Positions 19,839-29,528 of a DNA stretch of 41,676 nucleotides are shown here, piece after piece. Source of the DNA: a virus (taxonomy: Duplodnaviria > Caudoviricetes); IMG/VR virus record IMGVR_UViG_3300037515_000203, positions 1 through 41,676 of that record; one strand, written 5' to 3'. The notes below the pieces were generated by a model. That model did not search any database and was not told the origin of the DNA. It saw only the letters and a list, made by a program, of their open reading frames with translations. Made by a program: the position numbers and the translations under genes. The number at the start of each line of letters is the position of its first letter. The first letter of the stretch is position 1.

Positions 19839-19844
19839 TCGCCG

Positions 19845-20267
19845 ATGAGCTCAAACGCACTGGAAGCACAAGGCACGAGCGTAGAATGGTTGGATTCGCA
19901 GGCCTCGCCGAACGAATTCCGGGTGATCCCGGAGATCAAGCAGATCTCCGGCCCGTCGGGATCGGCGAGCGTGATCGATGTCAGCGATGTCGGCTCGGGC
20001 GCGCGCGAGAAGCGCATGGGACTGCCCGACGAGGGCCAGCTCCAGTTGACGCTGAACTACATCGCCGACAATGAGATCCACTCCGGCATGCGGGCGGCGC
20101 GCGTGGCGCGCACGCTCGAGCAGTTCCGTATCACGTGGACGGACGACACGGCGACGCAATTCACCTTCGACGGCTATATCAGCGGGTTCGCGCCGTCGGC
20201 AGCGGTGGATGGCACCGTCGAGGCGCAGGTCACCATCGAGATCAGCGGCGCGATTACCGAAGCGTAA
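19845..20267 (+). CDS. Major tail tube protein
   Basis: IDVS.......GLPDEG, F.F.GY, TIEISG motifs; position in the tail module. Confidence 0.85.
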   Translation: MSSNALEAQGTSVEWLDSQASPNEFRVIPEIKQISGPSGSASVIDVSDVGSGAREKRMGLPDEGQLQLTLNYIADNEIHSGMRAARVARTLEQFRITWTDDTATQFTFDGYISGFAPSAAVDGTVEAQVTIEISGAITEA

Positions 20268-20288
20268 TCGGCAGCAAAGGAGGAGCAC

Positions 20289-20642
20289 ATGGCGGCATTG
20301 ACGCGCGAACAGATCCTGGGCGCGAAGGATATCCAGACCGAAATTGTCAAAGTCCCGGAGTGGGGCGGCGAGGTGCTGATTGGGGCGATGAGCGGGACCG
20401 CGCGCGACACCTGGGAACAGTCGCTCATCGGCGCCAAGCGCGGCGAGGTGCGCATGGAAAACATGCGCGCGCGTCTGCTCGTCGCGTGCGCGGTAGACGA
20501 AAAGGGCGAGCGGCTGTTCAAGGAAGATGATGCGCTGGCGCTCGGTCGCAAATCGTCGGTCGCTCTCGATCGCTGCATCCGGATCATCCAGCGACTCAAC
20601 GGCCTTACGGATACCGATCTCGAGGCCGCCAAGGGAAACTGA
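20289..20642 (+). CDS. Tail assembly chaperone (gpG-like)
   Basis: V.VPEWGGEV, VDEKGERLF; ends at slippery site G GGA AAC. Confidence 0.85.
   Translation: MAALTREQILGAKDIQTEIVKVPEWGGEVLIGAMSGTARDTWEQSLIGAKRGEVRMENMRARLLVACAVDEKGERLFKEDDALALGRKSSVALDRCIRIIQRLNGLTDTDLEAAKGN
20633..20639 (+). other. Programmed -1 frameshift slippery site GGGAAAC
   Basis: X XXY YYZ heptamer just before the stop; the -1 frame is open into ORF 20693-20920. Confidence 0.85.
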
Positions 20643-20920
20643 GGGCCCGGCCGCAGCGGGAGTTTTATTTCTCGCTCGCACTGCGGCTGGGCATGACGGT
20701 CTCTGATCTGCTCGCGCGCATCTCGAGCCGCGAGTTGACGGAGTGGATGGCGTATTTCGATCTCATCGCCGAGCGCTCGGAGCGCGGCACGAAGGAATCC
20801 CCACACAAAACCATGAGCAGGAATCCAGACGAAATGAAAGACGGTTTTAGAGCGCTGGCGGCAAAGCATAAAGCGAGGCAGGCCCGGCTCGCAGGGCGCG
20901 CCCGGAAAGGCAGGCGCTGA
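20639..20920 (+). CDS. Tail assembly chaperone frameshift extension (gpT-like)
   Basis: LALRLGMTV.DLL.RISSRELTEW.AY motif; in frame after a -1 shift. Confidence 0.8.
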   Translation: MRARPQREFYFSLALRLGMTVSDLLARISSRELTEWMAYFDLIAERSERGTKESPHKTMSRNPDEMKDGFRALAAKHKARQARLAGRARKGRR

Positions 20921-22893
20921 TGGCCTCACTCGGCTCGCTTGTCGTCTCTCTCGCGGCGAATACCGCGGCGTTTACCTCCGATCTCGGGAAGGCGGCGCAT
21001 ATTTCCGAGCGGAACATGGCACGCATCCGGCGCGACGCCGAGCGCGCCGGCAAGGCGATCGCGCTCATGTTCGCCGCCGGCGCGGCCACCGCGGCCGTGC
21101 TGGTCAAGCAGGCGATCGATTCCCAGGACGCGATGCTCAAGATGGCCCAGGGCGCGGGGGTCACGAGCGAGACATTCTCCGAGCTGGCCTTCGCCGCGGA
21201 ATTGGCGGGGGTCAACGTCGAGGCCTTCTCGACCTCGATCACACGCCTCAATCGCAACATCTCCGATACCGCGGCCAAAACGGGTGAGGCACGCCAGGCG
21301 TTTGCGGCGCTCGGGATCGACGTCAAGAATGCGGACGGCAGCCTCAAGAACGCCGACCAGGTGATGGGCGAGGTTGCCGAGCAATTCAAGCAAATGGAAG
21401 ACGGCGCCGGCAAGAGCGCGATCGCGGTCATGCTTTTCGGACGCGCCGGGGCGGCCATGATCCCGTTCCTCAACCAGGGCGCCGACGGGATGCGCCAACT
21501 GCGTGAGGAAGCGGTTGCACTGGGCGCTTCAATCTCAACCGAGGCCGGGCAAGCGGCGGAGCGCTTCAACGACAATCTGACGCGGCTCAACCAGGTGAAG
21601 AAGGGCCTGGCGAACACGATCGCGCAGGAATTGCTGCCCGTGCTCAACCAGTTGACCGATCAATTCGTCGATACGGCGAAGGGTTCAACGCTCCTCAAAG
21701 ACACCGCGCAGCAAACGGCTGATGCGCTGCGCGTGCTGCTCACCGGCGGGACGCTCATCTTCACCGTATTCAAGCGCATCGGTGAAGGTCTCGGGGCGCT
21801 GCTTGCTTCCGCTGCTGCTGTTATCCGCGGCGATCTCTCAGAAGCAATCGAGACCCTCAAATTACGCCAGCAGGACTTGGCGGAACAAAACCAGGCGGTC
21901 GCGACGGCGATCCTGGACATCTGGGATAAAACCGCCAGGGCAGCGGAAAACGCGAGCGAGCGCACGGCGAAGGCTGCGGCTCCGATGGTGCAAAGCATCG
22001 AGCAGGTGAACAAGGCGCGTAAGGAGGCGCTGCGGCTGGTCAAGGAACAGGAAAAGGCCGAGCAGGCGTTCGCCGATCTGATGGCGAAGGCCGCAATGAA
22101 ACGCCAGGAGATGCAGGAAGCGGCCGAAGCGCGGGCGACGGAAGCCCACGAACTGGAGACGGAGCTGCGCCAGCGCAACATCGATGCCGTGGTGGAATCG
22201 CTGCTCACGGAAGAGGAGCGCGAGCTCGAGAGCTACGAGCGGCGCGCGGAAATGATCCAGGATGCCTATGACCGGATGCTCATCTCGCAGGAGGAGGCGC
22301 AAGGCATCGCCGAGAAGCTCGCCGCGCAGCACGAGAAACGCATGGCGGATATCAAGAAGCGGAACTTGACCGATATCGAGAAGTTCAACGCGATGAGCTG
22401 GCAAAAGCAGACCCAGACGATCCTGGGTGAGCTTGTGAATCTCACCGCCGGCGTCGCGCAGCACAGCAAGTCAATGTTCGATCTCAACAAGGCCGCCGGT
22501 ATCGCCAACGCGATCATCAACGCCTATATCGGGATTTCCAAAACGCTCGCCACCTATCCCTTTCCGTTTAATATCGCGCTGGCCGCCGCACATGCCGTGG
22601 TCGCTTTCGCCCAGGTGCGCGCGATTTCATCGCAATCGTTTCAGGGCGGCGGCGGTGCCGCACCGTCGCTCGCCGGGGCCACCGCCGCCACGCCGGTGAC
22701 GCCGGTCAGCCAGGGCGCGCCGCCCGTGCTCGGAACGCAGGCGCAAGAACAGGCACGGCCACCCATCGAGGTCACGTTGATATTGCAAGGCGGCCGGGCA
22801 TCGCAACGCGCCGCGCTCGAAGAGTTGCTTGGCGAAATGCAGGAACTCACACAAGACGGATTCCCGGTTAGATTTACCCAAAAGACTGCTTGA
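20920..22893 (+). CDS. Tail tape measure protein
   Basis: SLGSLVVSL.A.TA.F N-terminus; Ala-rich and helical; directly after the chaperones. Confidence 0.92.
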   Translation: MASLGSLVVSLAANTAAFTSDLGKAAHISERNMARIRRDAERAGKAIALMFAAGAATAAVLVKQAIDSQDAMLKMAQGAGVTSETFSELAFAAELAGVNVEAFSTSITRLNRNISDTAAKTGEARQAFAALGIDVKNADGSLKNADQVMGEVAEQFKQMEDGAGKSAIAVMLFGRAGAAMIPFLNQGADGMRQLREEAVALGASISTEAGQAAERFNDNLTRLNQVKKGLANTIAQELLPVLNQLTDQFVDTAKGSTLLKDTAQQTADALRVLLTGGTLIFTVFKRIGEGLGALLASAAAVIRGDLSEAIETLKLRQQDLAEQNQAVATAILDIWDKTARAAENASERTAKAAAPMVQSIEQVNKARKEALRLVKEQEKAEQAFADLMAKAAMKRQEMQEAAEARATEAHELETELRQRNIDAVVESLLTEEERELESYERRAEMIQDAYDRMLISQEEAQGIAEKLAAQHEKRMADIKKRNLTDIEKFNAMSWQKQTQTILGELVNLTAGVAQHSKSMFDLNKAAGIANAIINAYIGISKTLATYPFPFNIALAAAHAVVAFAQVRAISSQSFQGGGGAAPSLAGATAATPVTPVSQGAPPVLGTQAQEQARPPIEVTLILQGGRASQRAALEELLGEMQELTQDGFPVRFTQKTA

Positions 22894-22894
22894 T

Positions 22895-23698
22895 ATGACG
22901 GCCATCACGCGCACCGGCTTGACGGGCGCGGCGCTCGCAAATCCGAAGTTGCCGCGCGTCGGCTACGACAATATCCTGCGCGACGGGATCGTTTCCGCCT
23001 CCAGTGAAAATGCCGCCGGTCCGGTCGAGAATGCGTTCAACGGGCTCACGTACGATTCTTGGATGTCGACCGGTTCCGCGACCGAGTGGATACAGGTCGA
23101 GCCGCCGGGATCTCCTACCTGGTCGGAGACCGTCGACTACATGGCAGTCGCCGCACACACGCTACAAGGGTGTGATGTCACGCCGCAATCGTCTGAGGAT
23201 GGTGTCATCTGGGATAACCTGAATTCAGCATTTACTGTCCCCGACGATACGCCGTTCGTTCTGGAATTCTCGGCGGTGAGCGCGCCATTTTTTCGTCTGC
23301 TGATCGAAAATGCGGTGGCCTCCGTGGCAATCGGCGTCCTCAACATGGGCGAGAAGCTTGAGCTCGAGCGCGGCCTGCGCGCGGGATGGAGCCCGCCGAC
23401 ACTCAACGAGTCAATCGATTACGACACGTTGATCAGCCAGGGCGGGCAAATTCTATCGCGCAACGTGGTGCGCCGCGGCGCGCAGGCGCGCGTGACGATC
23501 GATCCGGCGACCTGGCTGTGGGCGCGCGACAGCTTCGGGGCGTTCCTCGATTCCGCAGAGCTGCATGCGTTTTTCTTCTGGTGGGCGCTGGAGGATCGCG
23601 CTGAAGTGCTGTTCGGCGCGCTGAAATCGCATGACGTCGTATTCACGAGCGAAGTGTTCGTCGGCGTCAACATGGAAATCGTCGGGGTCAACCGGTGA
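22895..23698 (+). CDS. Tail tip protein (distal-tail position)
   Basis: First gene after the tape measure; beta-rich. Confidence 0.6.
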   Translation: MTAITRTGLTGAALANPKLPRVGYDNILRDGIVSASSENAAGPVENAFNGLTYDSWMSTGSATEWIQVEPPGSPTWSETVDYMAVAAHTLQGCDVTPQSSEDGVIWDNLNSAFTVPDDTPFVLEFSAVSAPFFRLLIENAVASVAIGVLNMGEKLELERGLRAGWSPPTLNESIDYDTLISQGGQILSRNVVRRGAQARVTIDPATWLWARDSFGAFLDSAELHAFFFWWALEDRAEVLFGALKSHDVVFTSEVFVGVNMEIVGVNR

Positions 23699-25569
23699 CC
23701 TGGGACGCGCAGCGATCGAGATCCGGAAAGCGGCCGTGGAACTGGATCGAGATCGAGCTCGACCGTTGCACGAATAGTTACGGCGATGGCTTCGAGAGCC
23801 CGACCGGCCTGTGCCTGGCCCAGCTCGGCATCACCGGCGACGACAAGTGCTTCAACTCCTGGGAGACGTGCCAGGACCAGGACAACTTCGTCAGGGCGCC
23901 ATTCTGGGTGCGGTTCGCGGAGCCCGTTACCGACATGCCGCGGGCCTTCGATTTCGATAGCGCGAGTCCTTCCGAGGACGGGTTGGCGGTTTTTCTGCCG
24001 TTTCTGCGCTCCATCAGTCATTCGCCGACGTTGCCGGATCCCGGCGAATCGATGGGCCTGCGCATCAGCCTGCGGGTGACGCTCGACGACGCACCCCATC
24101 ACGATCGCGGCATCGACAAGTACGTCGACGAGCGGACCTATGACGCGATGCGGCAGGGGACGTTCCTGCGCAAACTGCGCGCGCGCTGGCCGCATTACAT
24201 CGGCCGGCGCTTGCGCTGGTATCAGGGCTATATCACCGACACGCCCAGCGCGTCCGACTTCCGGATGCGCGAATATGTGATGGAGCGCTTCGAGGGCCCC
24301 GATGCGCGCGGCCGCGTGCAGATCATCGCGAAGGACGTGCTGAAGCTCGTCGACAACGACCGGGCACAGGCGCCGCTGGCTTCGACCGGCAAACTGTCCG
24401 CCGACATGGCCGACACCGATACGCCGAGCACGATCGATGTCACCACGACCGACACCTCGGAATACGACCCGGTCGGATCACCCTCGATCGGCTACGTTCG
24501 CATCGGGGGCGAGATCATCACCTACACTGGAACGACCGTGATCGATGCGGCGACCGTTCGATTGACGGGCGTGACGCGGAGTGCGCCGGCGCCGTATACC
24601 ACGCCACTCGAGGACCATGACACCGGCGACCTGGTCCAGCTGTGCCATTATTTCGCCGGCTCGATCCCGGACGTCCTCAACGAGCTCCTGACCGATTTCG
24701 GCGGGATTTCGTCTGCCTATGTGCCGTTCACCGATTGGGACACGGAGGCGACGACCTGGCTCGCCGGCGAGACAATCCAGCGCCTGGTGACGGACCCCGA
24801 GGGCGTGCAGGACCTGGTAAACGAGATCATTGAGCAGACGCTGGTATGGGGCGTATGGTTCGACGAGGTGGCACAGGAGATCCGATTCCGGGTGATCCGA
24901 CCGGCCGACCAGACCGATACCGTGGTCCAGATCACTGATGATGCCAACATCGTGGCCGATTCGATCAAGTTGATCGACGAGCCGGAACGCCTCATCAACG
25001 AGGTCCAGGCGCTCTACGGGCAAATCGATCCGACGAAATCGCGCGACGAGTTGGAGAACTACCGCGCCGGCATCGCCGTCATCGACCAGGATTCCCAATC
25101 GGCGAACGAAGCCAACCAGCGCCGCATCCGGCGCATCTTCGCGCGCTGGCATCCCGTCGCCAATGAATCAAACATCACGGCCTGGGCGCAGCGCACACTC
25201 TCATCGCGGGCCAAGAATTTGCGTACGATCGAATTCGATGTCGACCGCAAGGACGAGGATATCGAGACCGGCAACTTTGCCGATATCACGAGCCGCTTCG
25301 TGATCGATGTTTTCGGCGCGGCGCTGTCAACGCGCTTCCAGATGCTGCGCGTCGATTCGACCGGCGAGCGGGTGCGGATGCGCGCGCGCGAGGATTTTTT
25401 CAAGGCATCGAAGTTCGGCCGCTGGGGGCCGGACGAGTCGCCGGATATCGATTGGGAATTTGCCAACGACGCCGAGCGCGAACGCTACATCTTCTGGACC
25501 GATGATGACGGCAACAATGGCACCTCCTTCAGCCCTCAAGAGCCCGTCGAAGGCAGACGCTGGCTTTAG
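23695..25569 (+). CDS. Tail tip/hub protein
   Basis: 624 aa in tail-tip position; N-terminal Cys cluster (C...C...CFNSWETC). Confidence 0.65.
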   Translation: MTWDAQRSRSGKRPWNWIEIELDRCTNSYGDGFESPTGLCLAQLGITGDDKCFNSWETCQDQDNFVRAPFWVRFAEPVTDMPRAFDFDSASPSEDGLAVFLPFLRSISHSPTLPDPGESMGLRISLRVTLDDAPHHDRGIDKYVDERTYDAMRQGTFLRKLRARWPHYIGRRLRWYQGYITDTPSASDFRMREYVMERFEGPDARGRVQIIAKDVLKLVDNDRAQAPLASTGKLSADMADTDTPSTIDVTTTDTSEYDPVGSPSIGYVRIGGEIITYTGTTVIDAATVRLTGVTRSAPAPYTTPLEDHDTGDLVQLCHYFAGSIPDVLNELLTDFGGISSAYVPFTDWDTEATTWLAGETIQRLVTDPEGVQDLVNEIIEQTLVWGVWFDEVAQEIRFRVIRPADQTDTVVQITDDANIVADSIKLIDEPERLINEVQALYGQIDPTKSRDELENYRAGIAVIDQDSQSANEANQRRIRRIFARWHPVANESNITAWAQRTLSSRAKNLRTIEFDVDRKDEDIETGNFADITSRFVIDVFGAALSTRFQMLRVDSTGERVRMRAREDFFKASKFGRWGPDESPDIDWEFANDAERERYIFWTDDDGNNGTSFSPQEPVEGRRWL

Positions 25570-25584
25570 CAAACCGGAATAGTC

Positions 25585-26607
25585 ATGACGACCTGGGTAG
25601 AACTGACCGCGAACGAGCTGGGAGTCGACAAGTTCGCTAAATCAACGACGGTCACGGCGCTGTTCAACAACGTCAAGGCCTTCGCCGAAAAGGCGAGCGG
25701 CGCGCCACAACTGGCGAATGATTACATCACCGCGGTGATGATCGCCGCCGGCCAGGTGACGACGCCGAAGATCGCGAGCGGCAACATCACGCAAGGATTG
25801 CTTGCGAATTCAGCGGTTGCGCAAGCGAAGCTGAAAGGTGCGTCAGGTGAAATTTCCACGACCGGGACGCTGCACGGGATATTGCCCGGAGGTAACTACG
25901 GATTCTATCCGACGCTCAGGACCGACGTCCTATCGGGGACTCAGGAAGCGCATATCAGGAATCCAGCACAAATCAGCACGACTTTCACTCCCTATATCAC
26001 CATCATTACCGACAGCAGCACGATGCGTGCTCAGCAGCTCTACATCCAGGCCTCGCCGCCGTACGATCTGGGAGACGGCGAGGTACCGCTGTTCGTCTAT
26101 GCTGCGATCGATGCCGCCGGCAACGTCGTGGCCACCTGGATCGCACCCGATCCGCCGTGGGCGAATAACGGACCGACCGATATCCGTCCCGCGGGCGAGG
26201 ATGTGGCTGGCCGGCCATTTCGATGGGTGCGGCAGATCACGCCACTGATCCAGGCCAAGCTCGACAGTGCGGATCCAAACGTGCGCGCAGAGGGCTACGC
26301 CGAGCGCGACACAATGCCTCGCGTGCCGGTGCTGATTACGTACGAATTCAAGAACACGGATATGGCGCTTGTGCCTCAACCGTTTAACCGAATTTCCTCA
26401 GATCGGGAAGGATTGATCGAGCTTCCAACGACCAAGATCCTGATCGATCCGGTGTCTGAGCTCTGCGAAAAGCTCCGCATCCTGCACGCTAACGGGGAGA
26501 GTGTGGGCGAGATCGTGCAGAACTATCTGAACATCGACAACGTTCCACTTGCCCGCCAGATACCGCCCGGGGTGCAGGCGTTCGGAGCAACGTGGAAACA
26601 AACGTAG
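25585..26607 (+). CDS. Putative tail fibre or receptor-binding protein
   Basis: Last gene of the tail block; IT..MIA/VT..KIA/IT..LLA short repeats. Confidence 0.55.
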   Translation: MTTWVELTANELGVDKFAKSTTVTALFNNVKAFAEKASGAPQLANDYITAVMIAAGQVTTPKIASGNITQGLLANSAVAQAKLKGASGEISTTGTLHGILPGGNYGFYPTLRTDVLSGTQEAHIRNPAQISTTFTPYITIITDSSTMRAQQLYIQASPPYDLGDGEVPLFVYAAIDAAGNVVATWIAPDPPWANNGPTDIRPAGEDVAGRPFRWVRQITPLIQAKLDSADPNVRAEGYAERDTMPRVPVLITYEFKNTDMALVPQPFNRISSDREGLIELPTTKILIDPVSELCEKLRILHANGESVGEIVQNYLNIDNVPLARQIPPGVQAFGATWKQT

Positions 26608-26688
26608 TGAATTCTGCTCATGCAGCGTCTCGCACGCTCCTGGGAAATAACCCCTTGCTAGCGCTGAACGACAACGGGGAGGTCAAAC

Positions 26689-27138
26689 ATGTGGGCGATT
26701 GAATGGCTGGCAACATGGCTTTTGGCGGCGGCCGTGATCGGGCTGCTGGTCGGCTGGATCTTCGGGCGCGAGTACGTCTCGAGCGGCTGGATGTTCACCT
26801 GGCCGTGGACCCGGCCCGCTTGGTCCGACCTCTCGCCGCACACGCCACCCGGGGCGCGTGCGTTCATCGAGCTCAACTGGGGGCGCTGGATGCGGCCCGT
26901 TTTGCGTCCGCGCTATTGGTTCTCTGACGTGAACCCATGGACCGGCGCGATCCCGCAGACGCTGTGGTTCACGATCGACTTCCCGTTTGCCGGTCCGCTC
27001 GTCGGCTGGAGCTGGAACGGCGATGGCAAGTACATCGGCTTCAAGCGCTTCCCGCTCGACGATCCGCGCTATGTCCACTGGACCGCCGCGCCGACGCTCG
27101 AAGGCGGCAGCGCGATCACGTTTTCGGCGCGCTGGTGA
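26689..27138 (+). CDS. Trp/Pro-rich membrane-anchored hypothetical protein
   Basis: GGGAGG RBS; N-terminal hydrophobic helix. Confidence 0.6.
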   Translation: MWAIEWLATWLLAAAVIGLLVGWIFGREYVSSGWMFTWPWTRPAWSDLSPHTPPGARAFIELNWGRWMRPVLRPRYWFSDVNPWTGAIPQTLWFTIDFPFAGPLVGWSWNGDGKYIGFKRFPLDDPRYVHWTAAPTLEGGSAITFSARW

Positions 27139-27196
27139 CCGCGGCGTGGATCTGCGCCTGACTCTGAAATTTCTTTGATCTAAATGGAGCGCATTG

Positions 27197-27517
27197 ATGG
27201 CTGAGGATAACGGACCTACCGAAGGCGGCGTGACGACGCCGTTGGGAAGTTTTTCCTTCAAGGGGAAACGGACTGCAGAGTTCATCACGATCCTTGTGGC
27301 GTTCATCATGGTGGGACTGCTCGTGCTCTATTGGAAGCACGAGGAGTCTTCGAAGCACACGAACGAAGCCGTCGCGCGGGCAATCGACAAGACTGCAACG
27401 GCCATCGACGGACAGACTGCGGCGCAACGCATGACCGGATGCCTCATCTGGATGCGGCGTGAACCCGGCACAACCTATGCCTCGGCGCGCGCCGAGTGCG
27501 AGCAAATTACGCGCTGA
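27197..27517 (+). CDS. Single-TM membrane protein, holin candidate
   Basis: GGAG RBS; TM segment FITILVAFIMVGLLVLYW; directly upstream of the endolysin. Confidence 0.5.
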   Translation: MAEDNGPTEGGVTTPLGSFSFKGKRTAEFITILVAFIMVGLLVLYWKHEESSKHTNEAVARAIDKTATAIDGQTAAQRMTGCLIWMRREPGTTYASARAECEQITR

Positions 27518-27544
27518 ATTCCACTCCCTGAGAGCATCAGCTCT

Positions 27545-27572
27545 CCCTCTCCCCGCACAAGCGGGGAGAGGG
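27545..27572. repeat. REP-like perfect 12-bp stem-loop
   Basis: CCCTCTCCCCGC-ACAA-GCGGGGAGAGGG with no U-tract. Confidence 0.6.
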
Positions 27573-27596
27573 TCGTGGTGAATGGAGCAAACCACT

Positions 27597-28121
27597 ATGA
27601 AAACCAGCGACGACGGCATCGCGCTGATCAAGGCCTTCGAGGGCATCCGCGACGGCGATCCGTCGACCGTCAACCTCGATCCCTATCTCTGCCCGGCCGA
27701 CGTCGCGACGATCGGATGGGGCCACGCGATCGTCACGCCGCTCGGGCACCAGCTGCGCGGCCGCGCCGGCCTCAATGAAGCGCGACAGATGTATCCGAAC
27801 GGCATCACCATCGAGGAGGCCGAGGAGCTCTTGCGTCTCGACCTACTCGAACGCGAGCGCGCCGTGGAGAGCATGGTCAACGTCCCTCTCAGCCAGGGGC
27901 AGTTCGACGCGCTCGTCTCGTTCGCCTTCAACGTCGGCACCGATATCGACGAGGACGACATTCCCGAAGGCCTCGGCGACTCGACGCTGCTCAGGAAACT
28001 CAACGCCGGCGACTACCAGGGCGCGGCCGACGAATTCCTGAAGTGGGTCTACGCCGGCGGCCGCAAGCTCCTCGGCCTCGAGCGCCGGCGCGCGGCGGAG
28101 CGGGAGTTGTTCCTGACGTGA
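27597..28121 (+). CDS. Endolysin, GH24 lysozyme
   Basis: FEG...YLCPA.V.TIGWGH; QGQFDALVSFAFNVG; STLLRKLNAGDY; GLERRR.AE. Confidence 0.93.
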   Translation: MKTSDDGIALIKAFEGIRDGDPSTVNLDPYLCPADVATIGWGHAIVTPLGHQLRGRAGLNEARQMYPNGITIEEAEELLRLDLLERERAVESMVNVPLSQGQFDALVSFAFNVGTDIDEDDIPEGLGDSTLLRKLNAGDYQGAADEFLKWVYAGGRKLLGLERRRAAERELFLT

Positions 28122-28789
28122 TAGATCCGTGGAAGCGCCGTGAGCTGATCGGTAACGCCACTTTGTATTTAGGCGATTGCCTTGAAATCCTTCCGACGCT
28201 GCCGAAGGTGGATGCTGTGATTACTGATCCGCCGTATGGGATTGGCTGGGTTCATAGCGGGATCGGATACCTGAAGAATGGGAAGATGTTAGGCACGAAA
28301 CACGGCGGCGAGAATGTTGTGGGGGACGACAAGCCTTTCGATCCGACGCCGTTCCTGCCGCTGGCAAGGGACGCCCTGTTCTGGGGGGCAAATAACTTTG
28401 CCGATAAGCTGCCGCCCTCGACTGGCTGGATTAACTGGGACAAGGGGATTGCGCCCGGCCTCTCATTCTCGGATTTTGAAATGGCGTGGACGAATCAGCC
28501 CGTGAAAGCGGTCATGTGGAGGCAGCAATGGTGCGGGTTTAACCGCGAGGGTGAGCGAGAGCCAAGAGAACACCCGACACAGAAGCCCGTAGGAATCATG
28601 ACGAAGTGTGTGGAGCGGTTCCCGAGGGCGCAGACGGTCCTAGACCCATTCATGGGCAGCGGCACCACGGGCGTGGCCTGCATGAATCTGGGGCGCAAGT
28701 TCATCGGCATTGAAATCGAGCCCAAGTACTTCGACATCGCCTGCGAACGCATAGAGAACGCGCAGCGGCAGCAAAGAATGTTCGCATGA
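28118..28789 (+). CDS. DNA amino-methyltransferase (N6_N4_Mtase, beta class)
   Basis: GDCLE, TDPPYG, HPTQKP, VLDPFMGSGTTG, FIGIE. Confidence 0.92.
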   Translation: MIDPWKRRELIGNATLYLGDCLEILPTLPKVDAVITDPPYGIGWVHSGIGYLKNGKMLGTKHGGENVVGDDKPFDPTPFLPLARDALFWGANNFADKLPPSTGWINWDKGIAPGLSFSDFEMAWTNQPVKAVMWRQQWCGFNREGEREPREHPTQKPVGIMTKCVERFPRAQTVLDPFMGSGTTGVACMNLGRKFIGIEIEPKYFDIACERIENAQRQQRMFA

Positions 28790-28989
28790 GATCGACCGCC
28801 TACGATCTGGCTCTGTGGGAGTCGACCTGGCACGACTTCGGCGTCGGGTTGCCCAATCGCACGAACAGCCAGCCGCCACCCGACTATCGTCCGTTCTTCA
28901 TAACGCGCTGGGACGGCAATCAGCTCTCGCCGGCGCCAACGCCGCGCATTGTCCATTTCGGCAACGACAGCAGGAACCTGCGCGAATGA
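28786..28989 (+). CDS. Hypothetical protein
   Basis: ATGA overlaps at both ends. Confidence 0.45.
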   Translation: MRSTAYDLALWESTWHDFGVGLPNRTNSQPPPDYRPFFITRWDGNQLSPAPTPRIVHFGNDSRNLRE

Positions 28990-29480
28990 ATGCACGCAAC
29001 CAACGCGGTTTCTCCATGATGCTGATCGGCGGCATTGCCATTGCCGTAGTCATCGGCGGACTTGGGCTTGCCGTCAAGGTGCAAAGCGCCCGGCTTGAAA
29101 GCTGCAAGGAGGAATATGCTGCCTTCGTCTCCAGGACCCAGCGGCTAGGCGAAGAGGCTCAGAAATGGGCGGATGACGAGAAGGCCAGATTTGAGAAGGA
29201 GAGAAAAGATGCGGATACGCTCATTGTCAAATTACAGCGTAATCTTGCTGCTACTCAGCAGCGGCTGCGCGACGAACGTGCCCGTAGCAACCTCGTGCCC
29301 CCCGCCTCCGCAACCTCCCGCAGTCCTCGGCTCGCCTGCTTCGACCGGCCCGAGCTTGAGCGAGCGCTATCAAATTTTGTGGAAGCAGTTGCAGGACTCC
29401 TTGCGGAAGGCGACGCGAGAACCGCAGAACTAGATACCGCAAAAACATGGGTAAGAGGAGTGATCAAGCCCGCACCCTGA
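28986..29480 (+). CDS. Rz: Inner-membrane spanin
   Basis: N-terminal TM, coiled coil, embedded lipoprotein gene in the +1 frame. Confidence 0.8.
   Translation: MNARNQRGFSMMLIGGIAIAVVIGGLGLAVKVQSARLESCKEEYAAFVSRTQRLGEEAQKWADDEKARFEKERKDADTLIVKLQRNLAATQQRLRDERARSNLVPPASATSRSPRLACFDRPELERALSNFVEAVAGLLAEGDARTAELDTAKTWVRGVIKPAP
29209..29433 (+). CDS. Rz1: Outer-membrane lipoprotein spanin, embedded in Rz
   Basis: AAGGAG RBS; signal peptide with lipobox LSSG-C; Pro-rich mature part. Confidence 0.8.
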   Translation: MRIRSLSNYSVILLLLSSGCATNVPVATSCPPPPQPPAVLGSPASTGPSLSERYQILWKQLQDSLRKATREPQN

Positions 29481-29528
29481 AGGAGTGCCCATGCCGTGAC
29501 GCCGGATCGCGGAACGGCTCCTAACCCC

